A stretch of 64,000 bases of DNA. Origin: an uncultured Bacillales bacterium (GTDB lineage Bacteria; Bacillota_I; Bacilli_A; RF39; UBA660). Both the position numbers and the translations under genes were made by a program. Each line of letters begins with the position of its first letter. Position 1 is the first letter of the stretch. Location of the stretch: positions 12,429 through 76,428 of the forward strand of contig CANSPQ010000001.1 in the NCBI GenBank assembly GCA_947648915.1, in the 5' to 3' direction. Under the pieces are notes generated by a model. The model did no database searches. It was not told the DNA's origin and saw only the letters and a list, made by a program, of their open reading frames with translations. Below are positions 41,138 to 51,514 of this stretch, piece after piece.

Positions 41138-41293
41138 TTAATCTTTATGTAATGCGTTGTATGTAATATAAAATATAAGTAAGCCTGCAAAAAATAATCC
41201 AATCCATAAAAGAGGATTACTTCCATTTGCAACAATCCATCCTTGAAAATCTTTTGCAATCTTATTAATACTATCTACAATATTTAATAACAT
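41138..41293 (-). CDS. Small membrane ORF (51 aa) between pcrA and the terminator
   Basis: Not in the ORF track. ATG at rc(41291-41293) is preceded by GGTGA and starts 1 nt after the pcrA stop. Encodes MLLNIVDSINKIAKDFQGWIVANGSNPLLWIGLFFAGLLIFYITYNALHKD. Confidence 0.3.
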   Translation of the reverse strand: MLLNIVDSINKIAKDFQGWIVANGSNPLLWIGLFFAGLLIFYITYNALHKD

Positions 41294-41294
41294 A

Positions 41295-43388
41295 TTATTC
41301 ACCTGATACCTTTCTATATGTTTTATGACCTTTTACTAATTTCTTGATGCCATGAGGATATGGAAATGCAACTGTCAGAATACTTGTTTCAATTCCTACA
41401 ATCATTCCAACACCAAATTTTTCGTGCTCTACTTTCTCTCCGATATGATATTGAATTGATGTATCAATATTATCCTCTTTATACGTTTGCGTTTTTGCCT
41501 GTACTTTTTGTTCTTCATCTATTTCTAGATAGTTTTCATCAATTTCATCAATGAAACGGCTTGGCATGTTATAGCTCAAATCTCCAAAGATTGTTCTTCT
41601 CCTTGCATTCACTAAATGGAGTGTCTTCTTTGCTCTTGTAACTGCAACATAACAAAGCCTTCGTTCTTCTTCGATCTGTTCCATATCCATTAAGGAATTA
41701 CTATGTGGAAAAATTCCTTCTTCCATACCAATTAGGAAAACATGTTCAAATTCGAGTCCTTTGGCAGAATGTACTGTCATAAGCGTTACAACATCTGTAT
41801 TATTCTTATGTTCTTCAATATCGGATACAAGACTAATTTCATTCAAAAAGTCTTCTAATGATATAATACCATTTTTTTCCTCAAATGTCTTGGTAATTGT
41901 CTTAAATTCTTCCAAATTTTCTAAACGAATATCTGCTTCTAATGTTTTTTCATGCTCTAATTCTTCTTTTATCCCTGTTTTTTCTAGGATAAGATCAACC
42001 AATTCTGTTAAAGAACAATCCGTTTTTTGAATTTCTTCTATCATGTGTTTAAATGATAATAATTTTCCATCTGTAATTGTACCAAACAAACTCGTGTTCT
42101 CATTCATTGCTTTTATACTTAAAGACTCTAATGATTTTTCACCAATTCCTCTTTTTGGAACATTCACAACTCGATTAAAAGAAATATCATCATTTGTATT
42201 GTATATTAATTTCAGATAACAAATCAAATCTTTAATTTCTTTTCGATTATAGAAATAAAAACTGCCGACCACCTTATAGGGAATATTCTCTTTTAATAAC
42301 ATCTCTTCCATATTTCTAGATTGCGCATTGGTACGGTATAAAACTGCGATTTCTTTTTCTTTAACACCATTTTTTAGAAGAGTTTGAATCTCAGTTGTCA
42401 CATAAAATGCTTCATCTTTTTCATTATCAGCTTTATGATACTTAATTTTAACGCCTTCTTCATTTGATGTCCAAAGATTTTTTTCTTTTTTTTGTTTATT
42501 GTTTTTAATAATATTATTTGCTACATTTAAGATATTTTGCGTAGAACGATAGTTTTCCTCTAATAATATTACTTTCGTATCTTTAAAATTTTTTTCAAAA
42601 TTTAGTATATTTTTATAATTCGCGCCACGCCATGCATAAATTGCTTGAGAATCATCCCCTACAACACAAACATTTTTGTATTTTGCACTTAGCATTTTCG
42701 TTAACATATATTGTGCCTCATTGGTATCCTGATATTCATCAATTAAAATATATTCGAAGCGTTCCTGATATTTTTTTAAGACCTCTGGGTGACTCTGAAA
42801 AAGTTCAATCGGTTTCATAAGCAAATCATCAAAATCAAAGGAATTATTTGCTTTTAGTTTCTTTTCATAACGTTCATACACTTTTACAACAACTTCTTCA
42901 TAGGTGGTAGCTGCATATTTCTCATATTCTTTCGCATTCATTAGTTCATTCTTCGCACCGCTTATTTTATTACGAATGGCTTTTGGGTTATACTCCTTTG
43001 GATCATAACCTAATTCCTTGATAATTTTTTTAATAATGGTTAAGGTATCATCACTATCCATAATTGTAAAATTGGGTTTATAACCTAAAGCTTCGTAATT
43101 TTCTTTCATTAGCTGTAAACCGAATGAGTGGAATGTGGAAATGGGGATTGTATAAGCAATAGAACCTAACATCCCAATTACACGGTCTCTCATTTCTTTG
43201 GCAGCTTTATTGGTAAATGTAATTGCTAGAATATGACTAGGATTGATTTTCTTTTCTTGTACCAAATAAGCAACTTTTGTCGTGAGTACTCTTGTTTTTC
43301 CACTTCCAGCTCCAGCAATTACCAAAATAGGTCCCTCCGTTGTAACAACAGCTTCTTTTTGTTTTTCATTTAAGAAATCTAAATTCAT
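41295..43388 (-). CDS. pcrA: ATP-dependent DNA helicase PcrA/UvrD family
   Basis: 697 aa. Motif I is AGAGSGKTRVLT. UvrD-type motifs run throughout (ITFTNKAAKEM, VDEYQDTN, VTRAK). Confidence 0.85.
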   Translation of the reverse strand: MNLDFLNEKQKEAVVTTEGPILVIAGAGSGKTRVLTTKVAYLVQEKKINPSHILAITFTNKAAKEMRDRVIGMLGSIAYTIPISTFHSFGLQLMKENYEALGYKPNFTIMDSDDTLTIIKKIIKELGYDPKEYNPKAIRNKISGAKNELMNAKEYEKYAATTYEEVVVKVYERYEKKLKANNSFDFDDLLMKPIELFQSHPEVLKKYQERFEYILIDEYQDTNEAQYMLTKMLSAKYKNVCVVGDDSQAIYAWRGANYKNILNFEKNFKDTKVILLEENYRSTQNILNVANNIIKNNKQKKEKNLWTSNEEGVKIKYHKADNEKDEAFYVTTEIQTLLKNGVKEKEIAVLYRTNAQSRNMEEMLLKENIPYKVVGSFYFYNRKEIKDLICYLKLIYNTNDDISFNRVVNVPKRGIGEKSLESLSIKAMNENTSLFGTITDGKLLSFKHMIEEIQKTDCSLTELVDLILEKTGIKEELEHEKTLEADIRLENLEEFKTITKTFEEKNGIISLEDFLNEISLVSDIEEHKNNTDVVTLMTVHSAKGLEFEHVFLIGMEEGIFPHSNSLMDMEQIEEERRLCYVAVTRAKKTLHLVNARRRTIFGDLSYNMPSRFIDEIDENYLEIDEEQKVQAKTQTYKEDNIDTSIQYHIGEKVEHEKFGVGMIVGIETSILTVAFPYPHGIKKLVKGHKTYRKVSGE

Positions 43389-43400
43389 GAAATCACTTCC

Positions 43401-45119
43401 TCATGTCTCTTGCGTGTACAAATCACGATAAATCTTAGAAGATTCTAATAACGTTTCATGTGTACCTTGCGCTACTATTTTTCCTTTATCTAATACAAAT
43501 ATTTTATCACAATCTATAATTGTACTTAAACGATGCGCAATTACAATAATCGTTTTATTCTTACCTATGTTTTTTAATGTATTTTGAATTTTCATTTGTG
43601 TCGTATTATCTAACGCACTTGTGGCCTCATCTAATAAAATAATAGGTGTATTTTTGACGAGAGCACGTGCTATCGCAAGTCGTTGTTTTTCTCCACCACT
43701 AAAGTTTACTCCGCCTTCTCCAACAATGGTATCATACTGATTGGGAAGACTTTCTATCAGTTCATCTAAACAAACTAGTTTACAGATTTCCTTCATTTCC
43801 TTTATTTTCAATTTGGGATTTGCCAACATTAAGTTTTCCTTAATGGTTAAATGGAAGAGATAAGGATTTTGTCCAATAACTGCGATATTATTACGAATGC
43901 TTTCTTCCGTGAGTTCTTCAATGGAATAATCATCTATATAGATATTTCCTTTTTCTGCATCATATAACTTTGATAACAAATTAAATATGGTCGTCTTTCC
44001 ACTCCCACTCTTTCCTACGAATGCTACTGTTTGTTTTTCTTCTATTTTAAAATTAATTTTCTTTAAAACATTAGATTCTTGATATCCAAAGGAAACTTGT
44101 TCAAATTGGATATTACCTGCTAATTCCTTTGGTTTTTTTGTTCCATATTTTTCTTGCTCATAAGCTTCACTATCCATCAGTTCTATAATTCTTTCAGAGT
44201 ACAAATTAAATGTACTTAACTTTTCAGCTAAGTTAGATGCGTTAATCACAAAGGAATAAATATTACTACGATACATCCATAAAATTAGTAAATTGGTTGC
44301 AGATAAATTCCCTTGGACGACGAAATACCCACCTAACATTAAAATTAAAAAAGACAACGTTTCTCTTGTAGAGTAGTATAGCGCCCAAAACATATAAGTT
44401 TGTTTATTCGTCTCTAATCTTTTTGCAAAGTTTTTTTGAAAGGTATCTTCCACATAACCCAAATACGTGGATTTTAAATCCAATAATTTAATATCTTTTG
44501 TTCCTTGTATGAGATTATTCAATACCGTGGTATTTTGTTCGTTGATTTTTTTGTTTTCCTTTTTTCTTCTGACTAAAACAGAAATACGATATTTTTGAAT
44601 CACAAATAAAATTAAAATAGCAATTGTATAAAATAAGCCTACTATGGGATGAATCAAATATACATAAAAGATAATACCTAAATTTGTAATAATTCCAATC
44701 ACATAGTCTTGAATATCGGTAAATAACTCTGTAATATCACTTGGATCATTTTTAATTCTCTCTAAAAATACACCCGATTCATTTTGATCTAACACTTTAC
44801 TTTTGATTCTAACATAAGCATTGCAAACTTTCATACGAATATTTAAAATAGAACGAAATTTTACACTGGAAAATAATACATTGGATAAATAATAAAGTAG
44901 CTGCATAATCAGCCTTAATAATAAAAGAATAAGGGCTAAAAAAATTGCTTTTTCAAGATTTAGTTGTGTAATATTTGTTACTATATTCGCATCTATTATT
45001 GGCTCAATAAAACTCATGGAACTTGTAATCAATCCCAAAATACCAATTACTAGAAATTGTTTCCCAAATCCATGAAAAAAGATCTTACATTTTTTAATAA
45101 AATTATATTTTTTCTCCAT
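43401..45119 (-). CDS. ABC exporter, fused permease + ATPase (half-transporter)
   Basis: 572 aa. 6 TM. Walker A GKSGSGKTT. Signature LSGGEKQRLAIARAL. Walker B ILLDEATSALD. 12-nt gap to pcrA. Confidence 0.7.
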   Translation of the reverse strand: MEKKYNFIKKCKIFFHGFGKQFLVIGILGLITSSMSFIEPIIDANIVTNITQLNLEKAIFLALILLLLRLIMQLLYYLSNVLFSSVKFRSILNIRMKVCNAYVRIKSKVLDQNESGVFLERIKNDPSDITELFTDIQDYVIGIITNLGIIFYVYLIHPIVGLFYTIAILILFVIQKYRISVLVRRKKENKKINEQNTTVLNNLIQGTKDIKLLDLKSTYLGYVEDTFQKNFAKRLETNKQTYMFWALYYSTRETLSFLILMLGGYFVVQGNLSATNLLILWMYRSNIYSFVINASNLAEKLSTFNLYSERIIELMDSEAYEQEKYGTKKPKELAGNIQFEQVSFGYQESNVLKKINFKIEEKQTVAFVGKSGSGKTTIFNLLSKLYDAEKGNIYIDDYSIEELTEESIRNNIAVIGQNPYLFHLTIKENLMLANPKLKIKEMKEICKLVCLDELIESLPNQYDTIVGEGGVNFSGGEKQRLAIARALVKNTPIILLDEATSALDNTTQMKIQNTLKNIGKNKTIIVIAHRLSTIIDCDKIFVLDKGKIVAQGTHETLLESSKIYRDLYTQET

Positions 45120-45135
45120 CTTAATAACCTTTTAT

Positions 45136-45618
45136 TTATTTTTTCTTTCCTTTTTGATATTTTTCTAAATGATTCTTTACTATGTTGGTACTATCTCCTA
45201 TTGAACAATGGCATTTTGTTTCACCATTTACTTTGACAAAGTCGTACCAAATTGTATATTCATCAGCATTTTCAAATAATTCCATCAAACTTTCCATTGT
45301 TTCTATTTGAAATTCTGTTAATTCTTCTGGAAACATAAACAAAAGTGATTTTCCATATTTTTTAATAGCATTCTCTCGGTAAGTAGTTGTATCGAGTATT
45401 ACAATATCACCACGAGACACCAAAGCCAAACTGATTGTATTTGGATTTGTTCTAACATCCATTTGCTGTAGTTCTTCATCATCCCGATAATGAGTTTCAA
45501 AATATTTGGTAAACAATAATGCATGATTATAGCCAATATCTGTATGAGGAAGTAGATCATAATTATTTTGCTCATTTCCGTGTACTATTAAAATTTTAAA
45601 TGGTAATTTATCAGTCAT
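45136..45618 (-). CDS. Hypothetical cytoplasmic protein (160 aa)
   Basis: Uninterrupted ORF that abuts the ABC exporter with a 16-nt gap. Confidence 0.35.
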   Translation of the reverse strand: MTDKLPFKILIVHGNEQNNYDLLPHTDIGYNHALLFTKYFETHYRDDEELQQMDVRTNPNTISLALVSRGDIVILDTTTYRENAIKKYGKSLLFMFPEELTEFQIETMESLMELFENADEYTIWYDFVKVNGETKCHCSIGDSTNIVKNHLEKYQKGKKK

Positions 45619-45694
45619 AACATACTCTCCATTTCTTTTAAACTATAAATACTATAACTATTTTACCATATTATGTATAATACTGAAACAATAA

Positions 45695-46540
45695 CTATTT
45701 TATTAACCTATCTTTTTTATATTGATATTTTAATTTATTTTTTGGACTTATAACTGATGTACCCAAATTTCTTTCAATATCTTCTTTCGCTACTTTTGCA
45801 GCATGACCACCTAGTTCTGCGATTTTCTTATTTTCTTCTAATCCATATGGTCTATGAACACTCGCAAGTTCTCTCGTTGCAATTTCTCCTAAATCAGTTA
45901 ATACAACTTCTATATCTGTCATATTATCCCTTAATGATTCTTTACGAATCCCTTTGAATGCTTTATATTCAGCTGCTTTCATTCCAGACCATGATTGGTA
46001 GATTTCATTGGTTAATATCGCATATTCATAGTTCTCTGTAATTCCATTTTCCTTCCATATATCTGTCAATTTATTACGATTTAAAATTCCTTTTAATCTT
46101 GATTCTATCCATTCGTCTGAATAGCCACGATTCCGATAATACTGCACAGCCCTTTGAATTGCAAGTTCAGGATTAAATACTTCATCAATTCGGTCACTTC
46201 CTGTTTGTGCCAACCACATTTTAAATGGTTCTGCCTTTGGACTTGGAATAGATTCTATCAATCTTAATATTCCTTTTGTATCTAATGTATCAGTAATTCT
46301 TACTTTCCCATCTGCTGCTTTCATTTTCAACCGTACGATATTTTCGTACAGTTGACTTCCCTCTTCCTCTAATTTACCTTTCAAATCTGACCAATATCTT
46401 TTAGGAATGCTACTATCTGTAAGTACCCCAATTACATCAACAACACTAAAATAATAATCTTCTTTTTCAGCATTCCATATGCTTCGAATCTCACTTCCCT
46501 CAAGTAACTTTGTAATTGTTTCTAATTTATTTTGTTTCAT
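45695..46540 (-). CDS. DinD-like / Bro-N-domain DNA-damage-inducible protein
   Basis: 281 aa. Bro-N-like N-terminus (IRSIWNAEKEDYYFSVVDVIGVL). The C-terminal blocks AILTNEIYQSWSGMKAAEYKAFKGIRK and ELGGHAAKVAKEDIERNLGTSVISPKN match by eye E. coli DinD (AIFQNRGYQGLYGGLDQKAIHQRKGLKK and ELGGTMPEELPTPQVSIKQLEN). Confidence 0.5.
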   Translation of the reverse strand: MKQNKLETITKLLEGSEIRSIWNAEKEDYYFSVVDVIGVLTDSSIPKRYWSDLKGKLEEEGSQLYENIVRLKMKAADGKVRITDTLDTKGILRLIESIPSPKAEPFKMWLAQTGSDRIDEVFNPELAIQRAVQYYRNRGYSDEWIESRLKGILNRNKLTDIWKENGITENYEYAILTNEIYQSWSGMKAAEYKAFKGIRKESLRDNMTDIEVVLTDLGEIATRELASVHRPYGLEENKKIAELGGHAAKVAKEDIERNLGTSVISPKNKLKYQYKKDRLIK

Positions 46541-46640
46541 TTACATCTTCCTTTCTTACTCCTTACTTATATATACAACATATCTTCTTCAATTCCTTTT
46601 CATTATTTGAAATTAATTCAACCCACGTTACCAAATAGTC

Positions 46641-46670
46641 AAAAAGAAAACTAGACTTGTATCTAGTTTT
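46641..46670 (-). terminator. Rho-independent terminator at end of glycopolymer locus (9-bp stem AAAACTAGA/TCTAGTTTT + U-run on minus strand)
   Basis: Plus strand reads aaaaagAAAACTAGActtgtaTCTAGTTTT. Lies 32 nt downstream (on the minus strand) of the csbB-like stop. Confidence 0.5.
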
Positions 46671-46701
46671 CATATTTTAATCACAATATAATTTACAATT
46701 T

Positions 46702-47640
46702 TTACTTATCTTCTGTCTCTTTTACAATATAAATTGGTCTATTCTTGGTTTCTAAATATGTCTTAGATAAATATTGCCCCATAATACCAGTACAAAATAG
46801 TTGAATACCGCCTACAAAGAAAACAATACAAACCATAGAAGGCCAACCGCCTGTTGGATCACCAAATATGAGTGTTTTTACAATGATGATAATGATTGCT
46901 ATAAAAGAAACAATACAGAATAATAAACCAATCACACCTGATAACATCAAAGGCACTGTAGAAAATGCTGTAATACCATCTAAGGCATAAATAAATAATT
47001 TCCAAAAAGACCATTTGGTTTCCCCAGCTACTCTTTTCACATTTTCATATTCTAGCCATTTGGTCTCAAATCCAACAAAACTGAATAACCCTTTTGAATA
47101 ACGATTGTATTCTTTTAACGATAAAATGGCATCCACCACTTGCCTTGTCATTAAACGATAGTCTCTTGCACCATCTACCATTTCTACTTTGGACATACGA
47201 TTGATTAATTTATAAAAACATCTTGCAAAAAAACTACGAATTGGTGGCTCCCCTTTTCTTGTAACCCGTCTTGTTCCTACTGAATCATATCCTTCCTTTT
47301 GAATGGCATCATACATCTCTATTAATAATTCTGGTGGGTCCTGTAAATCAGCATCCATTAACGTGATATAATCTCCTTTGGCATGCTCTAAGCCAGCATA
47401 CATAGCTGCCTCTTTCCCAAAATTACGTGAGAATGATACATACCTTACTCGCTTATCTTTTTGATGAAGATTTTTGATTACTTCTAAAGTATTATCTTTA
47501 GAACCATCATTGACAAATAAAAATTCAAAATTCAAGTAATCCATTTGTTTCGCTATTTTGATAATTTCATCATAAAAATAAGGAATTGCATCTTGCTCAT
47601 TATAACAAGAGACAATAACACTCAATAACTGTTTTTTCAT
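46702..47640 (-). CDS. GT2 undecaprenyl-phosphate sugar transferase, CsbB/GtrB/YkcC-like (C-terminal 2 TM)
   Basis: 312 aa. LSVIVSCYNEQDAI...DGSKDNTLEVI, then a DAD-containing core, then a C-terminal TM pair. Confidence 0.6.
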   Translation of the reverse strand: MKKQLLSVIVSCYNEQDAIPYFYDEIIKIAKQMDYLNFEFLFVNDGSKDNTLEVIKNLHQKDKRVRYVSFSRNFGKEAAMYAGLEHAKGDYITLMDADLQDPPELLIEMYDAIQKEGYDSVGTRRVTRKGEPPIRSFFARCFYKLINRMSKVEMVDGARDYRLMTRQVVDAILSLKEYNRYSKGLFSFVGFETKWLEYENVKRVAGETKWSFWKLFIYALDGITAFSTVPLMLSGVIGLLFCIVSFIAIIIIIVKTLIFGDPTGGWPSMVCIVFFVGGIQLFCTGIMGQYLSKTYLETKNRPIYIVKETEDK

Positions 47641-47641
47641 A

Positions 47642-48454
47642 CTAACTTCTCCTTTTGTATAATAAGTTATGACTGATACAAGTAATCATGTTGGCAATAA
47701 AAGTAATCCCTAACATTACCATTACACTTCCATTGCATAAATTAAACCATAGTATAAGTGCAAATGCAAGGAAAATAAACCAGATAAATTCAAAGAAATA
47801 CTGGTGTTTTTGGTATCTATACATAATAAATAGAATATAGGAAACGATCCAACCAATTGAGATGGCATCTATCGTATTCAATTTCCTTGCTAATAAGAAA
47901 TATAATAGCGTTTGAACAATTAAAGCACATGTTATATAAAAAATGTCCAACATTATATTCTTCTTTTTATCACAATTAGTTGTTTCTATATAATTCGTAA
48001 TTAAATTTAACATCTGTTCATTGCCAAGATGACATGTTTTTGGTTCAAATTGGTTTATTTTTTGAATCGCTTCTTTTAAATCCTCTACACCATTGCAACC
48101 AATTAAATACCCTGCATTTGAAAATTTTTGAATGATTTGTATCTGATGATCATTTTCATGTTCTCCATACTTTTTCAGTCTTGGAACTGCTATTATTTTT
48201 TTATCACGCTTCATTGCATCCAATATCGTTCCAACTCCACCATGGGTAATGATATAGTCACTATCATCGACATAATTTAAAAATTTTTTCATGGGAATCA
48301 TCTTATGAATTTCCATATATTTTGATTTATAATTGGTAGAGCCTGCTTGTACAATTACTTTTTCTCGGATAATTCCATCCATTATAAGTCGCTCTATCTC
48401 TTTTAATAATCGTTCAAATTTTTTATCTTGTGTTCCTAACACTACAAATATCAT
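47642..48454 (-). CDS. Alg13-like (GT28 C-terminal domain; Cps14G/EpsF-type) fused to a C-terminal 3-4 TM domain
   Basis: 270 aa. The N-terminal 160 aa (MIFVVLGTQDKKFERLL...ITHGGVGTILDAMK...) resembles the Alg13/Cps14G fold. The C-terminal 100 aa are hydrophobic. Confidence 0.5.
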   Translation of the reverse strand: MIFVVLGTQDKKFERLLKEIERLIMDGIIREKVIVQAGSTNYKSKYMEIHKMIPMKKFLNYVDDSDYIITHGGVGTILDAMKRDKKIIAVPRLKKYGEHENDHQIQIIQKFSNAGYLIGCNGVEDLKEAIQKINQFEPKTCHLGNEQMLNLITNYIETTNCDKKKNIMLDIFYITCALIVQTLLYFLLARKLNTIDAISIGWIVSYILFIMYRYQKHQYFFEFIWFIFLAFALILWFNLCNGSVMVMLGITFIANMITCISHNLLYKRRS

Positions 48455-48924
48455 TTAAAAATCCACCCCCCAAACTTGGATTTTGGATATACTTTTAACA
48501 TGCTTTCCCACTGTACAATAAATAAATCTGCAAATAAATAAATGAGCTTGCCTGCTGCAGTTTTATTTTCACTATTGGCAAACGTTTCAATATAAATCAC
48601 TTTACTTCCCATAATTTTGGCAATTGAACACATCGGCCCTGCCGTATGGGAACCTGTTGTTACAATATAATCTGGTCTAAAACGTAAATAATGATATAAA
48701 CTAATAAAACAATTGGCAAGTAAAATAAATGGATAAATCAACATATTATGTTTTGTACCATAAAGTAAATAAGACGTTTTTTTGGGATATTTTTCTTTTA
48801 AAAATTGAGTTGCTTTGGTTTTTTCTGTTATAAAATAGGAATCATATTTTGAAAATAAGGACTCTAGTTGTAATAATTCATTGAGATGTCCTCCTTGGCT
48901 AGAAATCCATAATACTTTTTTCAT
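48451..48924 (-). CDS. Alg14-like (Cps14F/EpsE-type) glycosyltransferase partner subunit
   Basis: 157 aa. ISSQGGHLNELLQL is an Alg14-like motif. 4-nt overlaps with both neighbours. Confidence 0.5.
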   Translation of the reverse strand: MKKVLWISSQGGHLNELLQLESLFSKYDSYFITEKTKATQFLKEKYPKKTSYLLYGTKHNMLIYPFILLANCFISLYHYLRFRPDYIVTTGSHTAGPMCSIAKIMGSKVIYIETFANSENKTAAGKLIYLFADLFIVQWESMLKVYPKSKFGGWIFK

Positions 48925-50063
48925 AACAAATCATTCTCTAATAAAGAAAGCCATTCTTTTTTTATTTCTTTCATTTGATATTTTTCTGCTTTTTTATATC
49001 CATTATCTCCCATAATAATTCTCCTATTTTGATTTTGAATTAACTCACAAATTCGTTTTGCCATTTGATGCTCATCTCGATTTGGAATTAAATAACCATC
49101 CCAATTATTACTGATTAGCAAATTTGCCCCTTCTGCACTATCAAATGCAATACATGGAAGTCCATAAGAAAATGCTTCTAATAATACAATTCCAAATGAT
49201 TCTGTCAAAGATGCCATTACATAGATAGAGGAATTTAGTAGACACTCATTGATATAATCCTTATCCTGAAATCCATGTAATGTCACCGCATTGTCTAAAT
49301 GCAAGCGGATGATTTTTTGTTCGATTAAATTTCGCTCTACCCCATCTCCAATGATATCCAAATGCCAATCTGGATTCATTTGATGTACGATATCAAAAAC
49401 ATCAATCAAATCTGTATACCCTTTTTCATGAGATAGTCTACCAACAGAAATCATTCTTTTTTCTGTTCGATTGGATATTTTTTTTGGAATATCTTCAATC
49501 GCATTTGGAATATAGAAACAAGGACATTTAATCTTAGATTCATAAAATTCTTTTAAGTCTGGTGATACAACAACAAATGCATCTAGATTTTGTACCGATT
49601 TTATGATTTTCTTCGCATACTTTTGATTGCCATGCGGATGGTTGTGTTCCCAGCCAATCTTGATAGTTTCTTTTTTTCCATATTTTCCTAACCATTTGTT
49701 ATGGATATCACGTGTAGAAATGATAATATCACTATCACAATTCTGAATCGCTTCTATCATCTTGTTCTTTCTTAATTTTAAAATCTTTCTTGCTTTTTTA
49801 TATTCTTGATAAGCTTTGATAAGGTGAATGTGCTTTATGGCATTTATAAATTCTTGTTTATTGGGCTTCATTTTTGGTAATAAATAGTGCACTTTTATAT
49901 CAGAATTAAGAGAGAATGCCGGTTCTTCATATAGTTTATAGGTAGAAATAATTTCAATTTCGTATTGATCCGATAGGTTATTTGCAAGCATACTGATACA
50001 TTTTTCAATTCCTCCATATCCTAGATGGAGTGCTAAAATGGTTACCTTTTTCATGAACCTCAC
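48921..50063 (-). CDS. GT4-family glycosyltransferase (retaining, EX7E motif)
   Basis: 380 aa. The ESFGIVLLEAFSYGLPCIAFD motif is present. Confidence 0.6.
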   Translation of the reverse strand: MRFMKKVTILALHLGYGGIEKCISMLANNLSDQYEIEIISTYKLYEEPAFSLNSDIKVHYLLPKMKPNKQEFINAIKHIHLIKAYQEYKKARKILKLRKNKMIEAIQNCDSDIIISTRDIHNKWLGKYGKKETIKIGWEHNHPHGNQKYAKKIIKSVQNLDAFVVVSPDLKEFYESKIKCPCFYIPNAIEDIPKKISNRTEKRMISVGRLSHEKGYTDLIDVFDIVHQMNPDWHLDIIGDGVERNLIEQKIIRLHLDNAVTLHGFQDKDYINECLLNSSIYVMASLTESFGIVLLEAFSYGLPCIAFDSAEGANLLISNNWDGYLIPNRDEHQMAKRICELIQNQNRRIIMGDNGYKKAEKYQMKEIKKEWLSLLENDLL

Positions 50064-50142
50064 CTAATGGTATTATACGATAATTCGCTTGTTTAGTAAA
50101 GAAAAGTACAATAGGAAAGTAACACTTTACAGAAAAAAGAAT

Positions 50143-50994
50143 CTATTTCAATTCTTCAATTTGTTCCTTGGATAAACCAGTTACTTTTGAAATAAAGGGA
50201 ACTTTAGCATTTTCACGTAACATATTTCTAGCAATTTCAATATTGCGTTGCTCAATTCCTTCGTCGTAGCCTTCCTCATGTCCCAGTTGTTTCGCATAAT
50301 CGAGTCGATTATTCATTTCTTTTTTTGCCACTTTTTCAGCATTATAGAGTCCTATGATTCTATCATCTTGACATATTCTTTTGATCTCATTAATTGCTTC
50401 ATCCATATAATCCTCACTCCTTAAATTATCCAATTCCTCTATGTTGGTTGTTTTAAATATTTTAAGTATATTCACAAGTTCTTTTCTGTCATCATTAGTA
50501 TAACATAAGTTCTTTATTTTGGATAGATTGATATGATATAATGCATAATTTTTATCTTCAATAAGGTGATATTTTACTTCCATAAGCCTAATCTCATATA
50601 TCAGTTCATCTAAACCATAGACATCAAAATCATCTAAATTTATTTGACATACAAAACGATTGTCATATTTTTCACCTTTTTCAAAGGCTTGACTTGCGAT
50701 GATATGCGCATATTCACTATTTTTGATTTTATATTCCGGATAATAACTTGTATTCATCTCAATATTTAAAAGATGTTTATCTACTTTTACAATGACATCA
50801 CTCTTATATATTTTATCTTGGTCATGTTTTGCTGGTAATTCTATGCTTTGATATTCTGCTTTTAATAGTAATTCCTCATCGATTCCTGTTATCAAGTGAA
50901 TCATTCTTGCCTTTAATCGATTGGTATGTTTACTCACCATAAATGCTTTAAACAAAGTGTCACTCGTTAACTCAAGTATCTGTTCTTGGACCAT
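50143..50994 (-). CDS. Rpn/YhgA-like PD-(D/E)XK nuclease-family 'putative transposase' (second copy)
   Basis: 283 aa. C-terminus EEGYDEGIEQRNIEIARNMLRE...ISKVTGLSKEQIEELK parallels the C-terminus of 29754..30728 (ERNREIARNLLGKYDITEISKITGLTEMEIQKLYKN). Confidence 0.5.
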   Translation of the reverse strand: MVQEQILELTSDTLFKAFMVSKHTNRLKARMIHLITGIDEELLLKAEYQSIELPAKHDQDKIYKSDVIVKVDKHLLNIEMNTSYYPEYKIKNSEYAHIIASQAFEKGEKYDNRFVCQINLDDFDVYGLDELIYEIRLMEVKYHLIEDKNYALYHINLSKIKNLCYTNDDRKELVNILKIFKTTNIEELDNLRSEDYMDEAINEIKRICQDDRIIGLYNAEKVAKKEMNNRLDYAKQLGHEEGYDEGIEQRNIEIARNMLRENAKVPFISKVTGLSKEQIEELK

Positions 50995-51102
50995 GTTTTC
51001 TCCTTTCCTTGATTCACCTTTTTACTCTTCTACTAATAACATAGTCCATAACTTTTATAAATCCTTTTTCAATTCAAAAAACTGTAGATTTTTTTCCACA
51101 GT

Positions 51103-51483
51103 TTATTTTTCAATAAATATTTTTCTTGTTATAAAATTCCATACCATCACAATTGCAGTCGCAACCAATTTACTTAACATATAATATATTTTTCCAATAT
51201 CTGTCATAAGGTACATGACAAGTTGATTGATTCCAAGACCAATCACACTAAGAATTGTAAATACAATAATCTCTTTATAGGTTTGTTTTTTCTTGACATC
51301 AAATACCCAATAAATACTTGCGATATAATTAAAAACTAAAGAGACTGTAAATGAGATAATGGATGAGACCATATAATGAATATGAAAAAACTCGGTAAGT
51401 AGGTAAAGTAAACTATAGTCAATGAAAAAAGCAATAACTCCTACAACCCCAAATTTTAAAATTTGTTTTATTAAATTTTTCAT
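51103..51483 (-). CDS. GtrA-family small membrane protein (polysaccharide synthesis/flippase-associated)
   Basis: 126 aa, 4 TM. KFGVVGVIAFFIDYSLLYLL...NYIASIYWVF matches the GtrA signature. Confidence 0.6.
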   Translation of the reverse strand: MKNLIKQILKFGVVGVIAFFIDYSLLYLLTEFFHIHYMVSSIISFTVSLVFNYIASIYWVFDVKKKQTYKEIIVFTILSVIGLGINQLVMYLMTDIGKIYYMLSKLVATAIVMVWNFITRKIFIEK

Positions 51484-51514
51484 ACTACCTCCATGGCTTT
51501 AATGACATATATTT

